DNA from: Candidatus Micrarchaeota archaeon
GTDB taxonomy: Archaea > Micrarchaeota > Micrarchaeia > Anstonellales > Bilamarchaeaceae
Assembly (NCBI GenBank): GCA_021823425.1
Contig: JAKANX010000001.1
Span: forward strand, 4,068-36,667
Direction: 5' to 3'
DNA length: 32,600 nt
The first letter of the stretch is position 1; the number at the start of each line of letters is the position of its first letter. This document shows, in pieces, positions 16,436 through 25,103 of the stretch. A program made the translations under genes and the position numbers. A model generated the notes under the pieces. The model did no database searches, was not told where the DNA came from, and worked only from the letters and a program-made list of their open reading frames with translations.

Positions 16436-17275
16436 TCAGGGAAGCGAGAACCCCCTGAACTTGAATCCGGCTTTCGCGAGCTTGGAGCCGTCGCCAAGGA
16501 GCTTTTTCACCTTGTTGCTCACTACTTTCTCCTTCACTCCCTTGGCGCCCGCGTACTCCCGTATTTTAGTGTAAACTTCCGAAATCTTCGCGGGCTTTCC
16601 GCTGCACACGTTGTAGGTGCCGTCCAGTTTCCCGCTCGAAGCCGCGACAAGCACGGCAACAACGTCCTCCACCCTCAAAAGGTCAATTTCCGAATCAGGG
16701 TTGAAAACCTCCACAACCTTTTGCGTCCTGTACTTCTTGATTACGTCCGGCACCAAGAATCCTTCGGGCTGGTCAACCGCGTAAGAATTGAAAAGCCTGA
16801 AAATCGTTTTCTTGAACCCGCGCGCCTTCGCGGCGTAATTCACAGCGTCCTCGCCCACTAGCTTGGTGAGCCCGTAGAACGTCTGCGGGTCCGGAATTTC
16901 ATCTTCCCCATGGAGCGTGTCCCCGTTCTCGTACACGTGCGCCGAGCTCATGAATACCAGCCTAGCTCCCGGCCTCACGCGCTCGGCTATGTTGCGCGTC
17001 CCGTCCACGTTCGTCTTCCACGCGAGCTCCTTGTTCTGCTCGCAAACGCGGGGGTTCGCAATGGCTGCGAGATGGTACACAACGTCGTATTGGGAAATGT
17101 CCAGCTTGGGGTCGTTTATGTCCCCGACGATTACGCACTTGAGCTTCTCGTCCCCCGCGTCCTTGTCCTTGTCAAGCACGAGCAGGCAGACCTCGTTGCC
17201 CTTGGTTTTCTCCAGCGCCTTCTGAAGCCTCCTTCCTATGAAGCCCCTTCCGCCGGTGATGAGTATTTTCATCAA
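16436..17275 (-). CDS. NAD(P)-dependent SDR; putative GDP-4-keto-6-deoxymannose reductase or epimerase/reductase (Rmd/Fcl-like), assigned by context
   Basis: ILITGGRGFIGRRL, MSSAHVY and YGLTK (YxxxK). It lies directly downstream of gmd on the same strand. The substrate assignment is an inference from that position only. Confidence 0.65.
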   Translation of the reverse strand: MMKILITGGRGFIGRRLQKALEKTKGNEVCLLVLDKDKDAGDEKLKCVIVGDINDPKLDISQYDVVYHLAAIANPRVCEQNKELAWKTNVDGTRNIAERVRPGARLVFMSSAHVYENGDTLHGEDEIPDPQTFYGLTKLVGEDAVNYAAKARGFKKTIFRLFNSYAVDQPEGFLVPDVIKKYRTQKVVEVFNPDSEIDLLRVEDVVAVLVAASSGKLDGTYNVCSGKPAKISEVYTKIREYAGAKGVKEKVVSNKVKKLLGDGSKLAKAGFKFRGFSLP

Positions 17276-17289
17276 ATTCGCCCGCAGGA

Positions 17290-18264
17290 CTAAACCTTTC
17301 CTCCTTCGGAAATGAGCTTCACGTCCGAATCTACCATGATCTTGACGAGCTCCTTGAAGCCGGTCTTGGGCTTCCAGCCGAGCAGCTTCTCGGCCTTGGA
17401 CGCATCCCCGACGAGCTCCTGCACCTCGGCGGGCCTCATGAACCTTGCGTCGGTCTTGACGTATTTCTCATAGTCCTTGACGCCGATTGCCTCGAACGCC
17501 GCGATTACGAAATCCCTGACGCTGTGCGTGTGCCCGCTCGCAATCACGAAATCCTCGGGCTGCTTGTGCTGGAGCATCCTCCACATCGCGTCCACGTATT
17601 CGGGCGCGAAGCCCCAGTCCCTCTTCGCGTCCAGGTTGCCCAGCGTAATCGCCTTGTCCAGCCCGAGCTTTATCCTCGCGACCCCGTATGTTATCTTCCT
17701 CGTGACGAATTCAATCCCCCTTCTCGGGGACTCGTGGTTGAACAGTATCCCGTTCACTGCGAACATGTTGTAGCTCTCCCTGTAATTCACCGTCGCCCAG
17801 TATCCCATCATCTTTGCGAATCCGTAGGGGCTCCTCGGATGAAAAGGGGTATTTTCATTCTGCGGCACTTCCCTCACTTTCCCGTAAAGCTCGGAAGTGG
17901 AAGCCTGGTAGAATTTTATCGCGGGGTTGCAGTTCTTTATCGCCTCGAGCGCCTTCACCACGCCCAGGCCGTCAATCTCGCAGGTGCTCTCGGGCAGGTC
18001 CCACGAGCTGCCCACGAACGACTGTGCGGCGAGGTTGTAGAATTCGGAAGGCTCGGCCTTCTTGAGCGCCCTGTAAATGGAATAGCTGTCCGTAACGTCC
18101 CCGTAGATTACCTCAATCTTGTCCTTGAGGTGCTCAATTCTCTGGGTGTTCGGCGTGCTCGTCCTGCGGTTGAACCCGTAGACCTTGTAGCCCTTTGAAA
18201 GAAGCAGTTCCGCGAGATAGGAGCCGTCCTGCCCCGTTATCCCCGTGATGATTGCGCTTTTCAT
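17290..18264 (-). CDS. gmd: GDP-mannose 4,6-dehydratase
   Basis: [27 protein letters not shown]...[14 protein letters not shown] is the characteristic Gmd N-terminus. Start trimmed to ATG 18264 (MKSAIITG). Confidence 0.9.
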   Translation of the reverse strand: MKSAIITGITGQDGSYLAELLLSKGYKVYGFNRRTSTPNTQRIEHLKDKIEVIYGDVTDSYSIYRALKKAEPSEFYNLAAQSFVGSSWDLPESTCEIDGLGVVKALEAIKNCNPAIKFYQASTSELYGKVREVPQNENTPFHPRSPYGFAKMMGYWATVNYRESYNMFAVNGILFNHESPRRGIEFVTRKITYGVARIKLGLDKAITLGNLDAKRDWGFAPEYVDAMWRMLQHKQPEDFVIASGHTHSVRDFVIAAFEAIGVKDYEKYVKTDARFMRPAEVQELVGDASKAEKLLGWKPKTGFKELVKIMVDSDVKLISEGGKV

Positions 18265-18347
18265 AAACAGACCCCACCGGTAATACGGCATTATTAACCT
18301 TTTTTTGGTATGGATAACTATTAAATCCATCCGATAGCGTGAATTCC

Positions 18348-19496
18348 ATGGACCTCGTAATGGCGCACCCCTTCCTCTTCCAGCGCGGAGGGGCCGAGCG
18401 GGTAGTGCTTGAAATCGCCAAAAAGTTCAATCCCGTGATATACTCGGTGCTCTACCAGCCGGAAAACACGTTCCCGGAATTCAAGGAGTTCGACATCCGC
18501 ATTTTGCCCCCCTCGCCCCTTGAAAAGCCCTTCTTCTTCCTCAACAACGACATAAGGCGCTCGTCCGCGGTCTCAGCTGGCTTCCGCTACTACTTCAACA
18601 GGATAAGGGAGGATTACGACGTGGTAAACCCGCACGGAACCCCGAGCGAGTGGATAAGGAACAGGAACGAGCGCGTGTGCTGGTACTGCCACACCCCCAA
18701 CAGGGAGGCTTTCGACCTGTACGAATTCCGGATGAAGGAACTTTCCCTTCCGAGGAAGGCGCTCAACGCGACTTTGCTCTCAGGGTACAAGCTATTTGAA
18801 TTCAACACAGTTCCGAGAATAGAGAAAATACTGACGAATTCCGAGGTTTCCAAGTCCAGAATCGCAAAATACCTCAAGCGCAGCGACGCGGAAGTGATAA
18901 GCCCGGGCGTCAATCCGAAGGAATTCAGGAACGACGGCTACGGAAAATACTTCCTCTACCCCTCGCGCATTACCCCGGAAAAGAGGTTCGAATACGCGAT
19001 TGAGGCGTTCCGCGAATTCAGCAGGAAGCAAAAAGGCTTCAAGCTAATAATCGCGGGCTTCGTGCCCAAGAAGGAGCGCGAGGCGAAATATTTCGAGAAG
19101 ATAAAGGGGCTGGCTCAGGGGCTGGAAATAGAATTCAGGCCCGACACGAGCCACGAGGAGCTCGTGAGCCTCTACGCAAACTCGTACGCTGTGCTCTTCT
19201 GCGCGGTGAACGAGGACTGGGGCCTTATCCCGATAGAAGCCATGGCCTCGGAAAAGCCCTGCATTTCCGTGAACGAGGGCGGGCCCGCCTATTCAATTGT
19301 GAACGGGGAAACGGGGTTCCTCGTAAACTCCGCGCAGGAAATGTCCGAAAAAATGCTATTGCTCGCCCAAAACCCGGACGAGAACGAGAAAATCGGCAAA
19401 GCCGGGAGGAAGAGGGTGCTCCAGAACTACACGTGGGAAATATTCCTGGGGAAAATAGAGAAATCGTTCAAGGAAGTTTCCGCGATGAAAAAGTGA
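18348..19496 (+). CDS. GT4-family glycosyltransferase, paralog 3
   Basis: [29 protein letters not shown] 18348 (MDLVMAHPF) aligns with the N-termini of paralogs 1 and 2. A TATA-like CTATTAAAT lies about 25 bp upstream. Confidence 0.85.
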   Translation: MDLVMAHPFLFQRGGAERVVLEIAKKFNPVIYSVLYQPENTFPEFKEFDIRILPPSPLEKPFFFLNNDIRRSSAVSAGFRYYFNRIREDYDVVNPHGTPSEWIRNRNERVCWYCHTPNREAFDLYEFRMKELSLPRKALNATLLSGYKLFEFNTVPRIEKILTNSEVSKSRIAKYLKRSDAEVISPGVNPKEFRNDGYGKYFLYPSRITPEKRFEYAIEAFREFSRKQKGFKLIIAGFVPKKEREAKYFEKIKGLAQGLEIEFRPDTSHEELVSLYANSYAVLFCAVNEDWGLIPIEAMASEKPCISVNEGGPAYSIVNGETGFLVNSAQEMSEKMLLLAQNPDENEKIGKAGRKRVLQNYTWEIFLGKIEKSFKEVSAMKK

Positions 19497-19500
19497 GCCT

Positions 19501-20439
19501 ATGCAGTGCCCGTTATGCAAATCAAAAGTCTGGGAAAATGACGCCGCAGAAAAATACGGCGAATACACCCTTTACGCCTGCCCCGGGTGCGGGAATGGCT
19601 TCTGGTCCCCCCTGAAGGCGCCTTCCGGCGACTGGTATGCGAACGCCGACAAGAACGAGACCATGAAGGACGTGTACGAAAAGCTGCACACAACGGGGGC
19701 TGCGCTCGCGCCCACCCACCTCAACTTCTTCAAAAGAATGCCCATTAAGGGAGGCGAACTGCTGGACGTGGGATGCGGGAACGGCTCTTTCATGAAGGAG
19801 GCGTCAAAATCCTTCGAAGTCTACGGAATCGATTTTGACTACAAGTCCGTGGAGGCTGCGCACAGGCTCGGCCTCAAGAACGTGTTCGCACTCAGCCTTG
19901 AGGATTTCGCCAAGAGAAGGAAGGGGAACAAGTTCGACGCCATAACGTTCTTCGAGGTCCTTGAGCACCAGTCCGGCCCTGACGGCTTCCTAGAAGAGGT
20001 CAAGGCGCTCCTGAAAAAAGGAGGCTTCATCGCCGGCTCGGTCCCGGGCCACAACAGGATAATTCCTTTCTCGGAGGGCGACAAGCCGCCCAACCACTTC
20101 CTCCTTTTCACCAAAGAGGGGCTGAAAACCTACCTGAAGTCCATGGGCTTTTCCGAGGTGGGCGTGGAGGAGGTTTACGGGGAGGACCAGGTCAGGTTCT
20201 CGCTTGGCATTAGCGCCGCGGGCCTCCGTTCCGTGGCCGGGGTCTCGGAAAAGGACGCTTCCTTGGGCTCCCTGAAATACAACGCTTACTTGGCTGCAAA
20301 AGGCGCCGGGAAGCTCTTGCTTCCCGCGATAAATTTCGCGTCCGGGCTGTTCATGAAGGCGGTGGGAAAAGGAAGGAGGGAGAAGCTGGAAAAGGAGGTG
20401 ATTGTCAAGTCCCTCTATTTCCAGGCGCGCCTGCCCTGA
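19501..20439 (+). CDS. Zn-ribbon plus class I SAM-dependent methyltransferase
   Basis: N-terminal CPLC...CPGC four-Cys ribbon, then LLDVGCGNGSFM (motif I) and ITFFEVLEHQ. It lies at the end of the glycan cluster. Confidence 0.75.
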   Translation: MQCPLCKSKVWENDAAEKYGEYTLYACPGCGNGFWSPLKAPSGDWYANADKNETMKDVYEKLHTTGAALAPTHLNFFKRMPIKGGELLDVGCGNGSFMKEASKSFEVYGIDFDYKSVEAAHRLGLKNVFALSLEDFAKRRKGNKFDAITFFEVLEHQSGPDGFLEEVKALLKKGGFIAGSVPGHNRIIPFSEGDKPPNHFLLFTKEGLKTYLKSMGFSEVGVEEVYGEDQVRFSLGISAAGLRSVAGVSEKDASLGSLKYNAYLAAKGAGKLLLPAINFASGLFMKAVGKGRREKLEKEVIVKSLYFQARLP

Positions 20440-20464
20440 CCGCGTTTCGCCGCGGTTCCACTCT

Positions 20465-20479
20465 GTTTTATTAAATTTC
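20465..20479 (+). promoter_or_regulatory. TATA box for gatE
   Basis: GTTTTATTAAATTTC lies about 27-40 bp upstream of ATG 20506. Confidence 0.4.
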
Positions 20480-20505
20480 CCAGCGATGTTGAATCGGTTC
20501 TTTTC

Positions 20506-22308
20506 ATGAAACTCGGCCTTGAAATTCATCAAAGATTGAACACGCACAAGCTCTTCTGCGAGTGCCCCAGCCCAGGCAGTTTCGACTTGCCAGTTTCGGG
20601 TTCCGAAACTGGGAACGTGAAACCCAAAACGGTTTTGCGCATGCTCCACCCGGTTTACAGCGAGATGGGCGAGGTGGACAAGGCCGCGCTGGAGGCCGCG
20701 GGCCGCGAGCAGTCCTTTGAATACCTCTTCTACCCGAATTGCGGCTGCCTCGTGGAATTGGACGAGGAGCCCCCGCACCCAATGAACTCCGAAGCGCTGA
20801 ACATAGGGCTGGAAATAGCGGCCCAGCTCAATTCCAAGCCCGTGGACGAAGTCCACACGATGCGCAAAATCGTGATAGACGGAAGCAACACCTCCGGATT
20901 CCAGCGCACCGCTGTTATTTCATTAGGCGGGAAGGTGGAAAGCTCCAAGGGCGACGTGCGCATAACCACCGTGGCGATAGAGGAAGAGAGCGCGGGAATA
21001 GTGGAAAAGAAGGACGGGCGGTCCGTGTATTCCCTTGACCGCCTCGGAATCCCGCTCGTTGAAATAGGCACGGAGCCGGACATAAAGGACCCCGAGCAGC
21101 TCCGCGAAGTTGCGGAAAAACTCGGCCTTATTTTGCGCGCGACCGGAAAGGTGATGCGCGGCCTCGGAACGATAAGGCAGGACGTGAACGTGAGCATAGA
21201 AGGGGGCGCGCGGGTTGAAATAAAGGGCGCGCAGGACCTCAGGACCATTTCCCTGCTCGCCCAGAACGAGGCCAAGAGGCAGGAGAACCTCCTTTCCATC
21301 ATAACCGAGCTGAAAAAGCGCTTCAACAACAAGTTCCATGTGGAAGCGCAAATCGTGGACCTGAGCCCTGCGTTCGTGGGAACGCAGGCAAAGATGGTAA
21401 AAACCGGGCTGGAATCGGGCCAGCGCATCCTCGGAATGAAATTGGCCCATCACGCGGGCCTTCTCGGAAAGGAAATAAATCCGGCAAGGCGCTACGGAAC
21501 CGAGCTCTCGGATTATGCGAAAACCGCCGGAGTGAAGGGGATAATACACAGCGACGAAGCGCTCGAGAAGTATGGAATCACTCCTGAGGAGGCGCAGGAA
21601 GTTCGCGCCCTTCTCGGCGTAAAGGAAGGCGACGCGTTCGCGATGGTCATCGCAAAGGAGAGCGTCGCGCGCAAGGCGTTGGAAAAAGCGCTTGAACGCG
21701 CCAACATGGATTTTGTTCCCAAGGAAACGAGGAAGGCGAACGAGGACGGCACCTCTTCATACATGCGCCCTCTTCCCGGAAAGGCGCGCCTGTACCCGGA
21801 AACCGACATCCCGCCGGTAAAGATAACGCAGGCACTCCTCGCAACCGTTGCCGAGGGCGCGTCCGAAAGCCTTGACCAGAAGCGCGAAAACCTTTCCAAA
21901 ATCCTCAACAAGGACATGGCCGAGCGCATACTTCGCTCAAAGCACCTCAAGCTATTCGAAAAGTTCGTGCAGGAAGGCGTGGAGCCCATGCTCGCAGCCT
22001 CCACGCTGGAGGACACGTTAACCATGCTCAGGCGCGAAAACGTCGCCGTGGACGAGCAGGCCCTCGTCTCCCTGTTCGCCTCCTACAAGAAAGGCGAATT
22101 CGTGAAATCCGCAATACCGGACCTACTTCGGGGGATGGCTGCGGGAAAAACCGTGGAGCAGGCCCTTGACGAAAAACAGCTCAGGAAAATAACCGGAGCT
22201 GAGCTCAAGAGAATAATCGAGGAGAACAAGGGCAACTTCGGCCAGATAATGGCCAAATACAGGCTCAGGGTGGACGCGGCAGAAGTCCAAGTTCTCCTGA
22301 AAAAGTGA
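20506..22308 (+). CDS. gatE: Glu-tRNA(Gln) amidotransferase subunit E
   Basis: MKLGLEIHQRLNT..KLFCEC, SEMGEVDKAAL and CLVELDEEPPHPMN form the typical archaeal GatE N-terminus. Length is 600 aa with a GatB/YqeY-like C-terminal tail. Confidence 0.9.
   Translation: MKLGLEIHQRLNTHKLFCECPSPGSFDLPVSGSETGNVKPKTVLRMLHPVYSEMGEVDKAALEAAGREQSFEYLFYPNCGCLVELDEEPPHPMNSEALNIGLEIAAQLNSKPVDEVHTMRKIVIDGSNTSGFQRTAVISLGGKVESSKGDVRITTVAIEEESAGIVEKKDGRSVYSLDRLGIPLVEIGTEPDIKDPEQLREVAEKLGLILRATGKVMRGLGTIRQDVNVSIEGGARVEIKGAQDLRTISLLAQNEAKRQENLLSIITELKKRFNNKFHVEAQIVDLSPAFVGTQAKMVKTGLESGQRILGMKLAHHAGLLGKEINPARRYGTELSDYAKTAGVKGIIHSDEALEKYGITPEEAQEVRALLGVKEGDAFAMVIAKESVARKALEKALERANMDFVPKETRKANEDGTSSYMRPLPGKARLYPETDIPPVKITQALLATVAEGASESLDQKRENLSKILNKDMAERILRSKHLKLFEKFVQEGVEPMLAASTLEDTLTMLRRENVAVDEQALVSLFASYKKGEFVKSAIPDLLRGMAAGKTVEQALDEKQLRKITGAELKRIIEENKGNFGQIMAKYRLRVDAAEVQVLLKK
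20579..20638. repeat. heptamer-array palindromic element, copy D, in frame inside gatE
   Basis: Plus strand: GTTTCGA CTTGCCA GTTTCGG GTTCCGA. Minus strand: GTTTTGG GTTTCAC GTTCCCA GTTTCGG. Contains a perfect 10-bp stem, CCAGTTTCGG-GTT-CCGAAACTGG (20590-20612). The 13-mer CCAGTTTCGGGTT is identical to copy B (12969-12981). Confidence 0.6.
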
Positions 22309-22321
22309 ATAGAAAAAGCAA

Positions 22322-23647
22322 TCAGTCCTTTAGTGCCCGCTCAACTACTTTCTCGGCCTCGCCTATGTAGGTGGAATAGTCGAAAAGCGCATCCAGTTCC
22401 TTCTTGGAGAACTTCTTCCCGATATCGCTGGCTGAAAACACTTCCCTGAGGTGCTTTCCGTCCCTGAACGCCTTTTGGCTCAGCTCCCTCACGTATTCGT
22501 GCGCGTCCTGCCTGCCCATCAGCCCCTTGTCCGCAATCTCAATCATGAGCCTCTCTGCGAGTATGAGCCCGTTGGTGCGCTCCAAATTCTCCTTTATCCG
22601 TTCGGGGAAGAATTCCAGCCCTGAAAGTATTTTCGTGATTTCGGAAAGCATGTAATCCGTTATTATGAAGCTCTCCGGGAAGATGAACCTCTCGTTCGCG
22701 GAATTAGTCAAGTCCCGCTCGTGCTCCAGCGCTATGTTCTCGAGCGCGACGTGCACGTTCGCCCTCACAATCCTCGCAAGGCTGCACACCCTCTCGCTCT
22801 TGTGCGGGTTCCTCTTATGCGGCATGGTGGACGAGCCCACCTGCCTTTTCCCGAACGCCTCGCCCACCTCCCCTATTTCGGTCCTCTGGAGGTTGCGCAG
22901 CTCCTTGGCTATCTTCTCGGCCCCCGCGGCAGTGAGCGCGAGAATCTGCATTATTTCCGCGTGCCTGTCCCTCTGCACCACCTGCGTCGCAACAGGCGCA
23001 GGCGCAAGCCCCAATTCATCCATGACCATTTTCTCAATCTGCATCCCCTGCCCCTTGAACGTCGCCATAGTCCCGACAGCGCCGCTCATCTTTCCAACCA
23101 AAATCCTCTTCCTTGCCTCCTGAATCCTCTGGAGGTTCCTTCCCGCCTCCTGGTAATAAAGCGCGAATTTCATTCCGTAAGTGGTCGGGACCGCGTGCTG
23201 GCCGTGCGTCCTTCCTATGCACACCGTCTTCTTGTGCTTCTGCGCCAGCGCCTTGAGCACCGCGCGGAGCCCGGCGAGCCTCTTCTCCGCCTGCGCGAGC
23301 GCGTCCCTGAAAATGAGCGCGGTAGCCGTATCCTCTATATCGTAGCTCGTGGACCCGTGGTGTATGTACCCTCCCGCGCCGCCCGCCTGCTCGCTCATCG
23401 CCTTCACCATGGCCATTAGGTCGTGGTGTATCTCTTCCTCTATTTCCTGCACCCTCTCCAGCTTCACTTTCCCCTTTGCGGCCTCGATTTTGGGCACAGC
23501 GTCCTTGGGTATGTTCCCGAGCTTCGCGTGCGCCCTCGCGAGCGCTATCTCGACGTCCATCCAGCGCCCCAGCTTTGATTTCTCTGTGAAAATTTCGCTC
23601 ATCTCGGTCCTGTACCTTTCGTCCAATGGAGAAATTGCGTCAGTCAT
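22322..23647 (-). CDS. purB: adenylosuccinate lyase
   Basis: GSSTMPHKRNP fumarate-lyase signature and an SPLDERY N-terminus. Start trimmed to ATG 23647 (MTDAISPL). Confidence 0.9.
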   Translation of the reverse strand: MTDAISPLDERYRTEMSEIFTEKSKLGRWMDVEIALARAHAKLGNIPKDAVPKIEAAKGKVKLERVQEIEEEIHHDLMAMVKAMSEQAGGAGGYIHHGSTSYDIEDTATALIFRDALAQAEKRLAGLRAVLKALAQKHKKTVCIGRTHGQHAVPTTYGMKFALYYQEAGRNLQRIQEARKRILVGKMSGAVGTMATFKGQGMQIEKMVMDELGLAPAPVATQVVQRDRHAEIMQILALTAAGAEKIAKELRNLQRTEIGEVGEAFGKRQVGSSTMPHKRNPHKSERVCSLARIVRANVHVALENIALEHERDLTNSANERFIFPESFIITDYMLSEITKILSGLEFFPERIKENLERTNGLILAERLMIEIADKGLMGRQDAHEYVRELSQKAFRDGKHLREVFSASDIGKKFSKKELDALFDYSTYIGEAEKVVERALKD

Positions 23648-23727
23648 GGAAATCCACCCTCTCAATATTCCTTCTGAAACTGGCTTTTAATAGCTTCCGA
23701 GGGTGCGCCACAAACCCCCACAAAGAT

Positions 23728-23738
23728 ACATTTTTATA
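23728..23738 (+). promoter_or_regulatory. TATA box for the radical-SAM gene
   Basis: TTTTTATACTC is centred about 27 bp upstream of ATG 23760, consistent with a leaderless transcript. Confidence 0.45.
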
Positions 23739-23759
23739 CTCAAAACGCGCAATATATGT

Positions 23760-25067
23760 ATGGAAACAGCCCCCCCAGAGGCCAGGCTCGCCTCGGCCTA
23801 TTCCAACATAATGCGCATCCTCAGCGGAGAGCAGGGGCTGGCGCCCGAAATTATGCTGGGCGTTCTAGAAGAATCCCGCAAAAACAGGCTTCCTTCAAGC
23901 GGCCCGGCATCCCTGCCCTCAGTCCTTGAAGACTTCTACACCCTCCTTCTCCAGACCCGCCAAATCGTTTCCTCGGGCCCGGTCCCTTTCCACATCGCGC
24001 TCGGCGCACCGCAGGACGGAGCGCTCGAAAGCATGGGCAGGACCCTCAAAACCCTTTCCGAGAGCAGGGCGCAGTTCGCGAATTTCGCCAGCCTCGGAGG
24101 CGGGAAGGAATTTTACATGCGCGCAAGGCTCGCGACCAACCTGATGCGCGAATTCCTCAACGAAGCGGACTTCGCCCATGGAATCCCAGTTAGCGGGATA
24201 AACCTGGTTGAAAGGTGCCTCGCGGGCTGCCCGTTCTGCTCAATAGACGCAAAGGCAAAAGGCCCCCAGATGGAATTCGGGCTTCTGGAATCCATGGCCC
24301 GCAATCCCAGAATAAGCTTTCCGGACGGAATAATCCACCTGGTGAACGGCGAGCCGCTCATCTATTCGGAGGGCGGGAAGAACCTCGGCGACGCGATAAA
24401 AACGCTTGCGGAAGGAACGAACGCCAAGATAAACCTCACCACCGCGGGCCTCATACCCGTGAACAGGAAACAGGGGCTGGAGGCTTTCGCCACCCTATCC
24501 ACGCTCGGAAGGGAAACGCTCTCCCGACTCGAAGTAAACGTGAGCTTCACTCTCCTGAACCTCCGCAGCATGGACGAGAAAACCTACATTGCGGCGATTG
24601 ACGAGACGTTCTCTAAGCTTAGGAACCTGAATGTGCCCCTAGTAGGCGCAATAGTAATCACCGATTCCGCGAACGAGGACCGCACCATGGGCGCGTTCAG
24701 GCAGTTCGGGCGCAAGTACGAGCCCCAGGTGAGCGCGAGGTACGTGGAGCCGGAAGTGGGCCGCGCAAAGCTCCAGAATTATGCGGTGCCGGAATCAGCG
24801 CAGGGCACGAAAGCTTGCACCTACCTAGAGGAAGGGAAAGCCCGCCTTTCAATTGGCGCAGGGGGGCGCGTCAGCATAGGCTGCCAGAAGCCGGGCGCCA
24901 ATTCCGACACTCTCGGGAACATCAACATAAACAGCGTGCAGGAGCTCAAGGAAGCCCACGACCGCTTCATTTCCGGGCACAAAGCGAGGATGGCCAAGCT
25001 CGGGGGCGCGCACCCGTGCGAGGCGCACAGGACCCAAGGGGCGGACTTCTCCCGCATGCGCGCCTGA
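23760..25067 (+). CDS. radical SAM domain protein with an N-terminal extension of about 150 aa, function unknown
   Basis: CLAGCPFC (CxxxCxxC, nt 24216-24239) is followed by LVNGEPLIY (GGE-like SAM motif) and INLTTAG. Start trimmed to ATG 23760 (METAPPEA). Confidence 0.65.
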   Translation: METAPPEARLASAYSNIMRILSGEQGLAPEIMLGVLEESRKNRLPSSGPASLPSVLEDFYTLLLQTRQIVSSGPVPFHIALGAPQDGALESMGRTLKTLSESRAQFANFASLGGGKEFYMRARLATNLMREFLNEADFAHGIPVSGINLVERCLAGCPFCSIDAKAKGPQMEFGLLESMARNPRISFPDGIIHLVNGEPLIYSEGGKNLGDAIKTLAEGTNAKINLTTAGLIPVNRKQGLEAFATLSTLGRETLSRLEVNVSFTLLNLRSMDEKTYIAAIDETFSKLRNLNVPLVGAIVITDSANEDRTMGAFRQFGRKYEPQVSARYVEPEVGRAKLQNYAVPESAQGTKACTYLEEGKARLSIGAGGRVSIGCQKPGANSDTLGNININSVQELKEAHDRFISGHKARMAKLGGAHPCEAHRTQGADFSRMRA

Positions 25068-25103
25068 CGAAACCGATTTATATGTTGGATTGCTAGTTGG
25101 TGC

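Noticed and set aside
13030-20439. An integrated mobile element using tRNA-Val as its attachment site, with the downstream glycan genes as cargo.
   Set aside because: I found no direct repeat of the tRNA 3' half elsewhere in the window and no integrase or recombinase gene. Glycosylation genes of similar composition lie on both sides of the tRNA.
20441-20466. GCGTTTCGCCGCGGTTCCAC upstream of gatE, and similar short strings at 32240-32256 and 27786-27797, as further copies of the repeat family.
   Set aside because: Each holds only one or two heptamer-like units, has no inverted partner array and, in two cases, is ordinary coding sequence. This is too weak to distinguish from chance.
24780-25067. 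The radical-SAM C-terminus as a SPASM domain of a RiPP maturase.
   Set aside because: Only three Cys occur in this region, against seven in SPASM domains. I saw no small precursor-peptide ORF adjacent.
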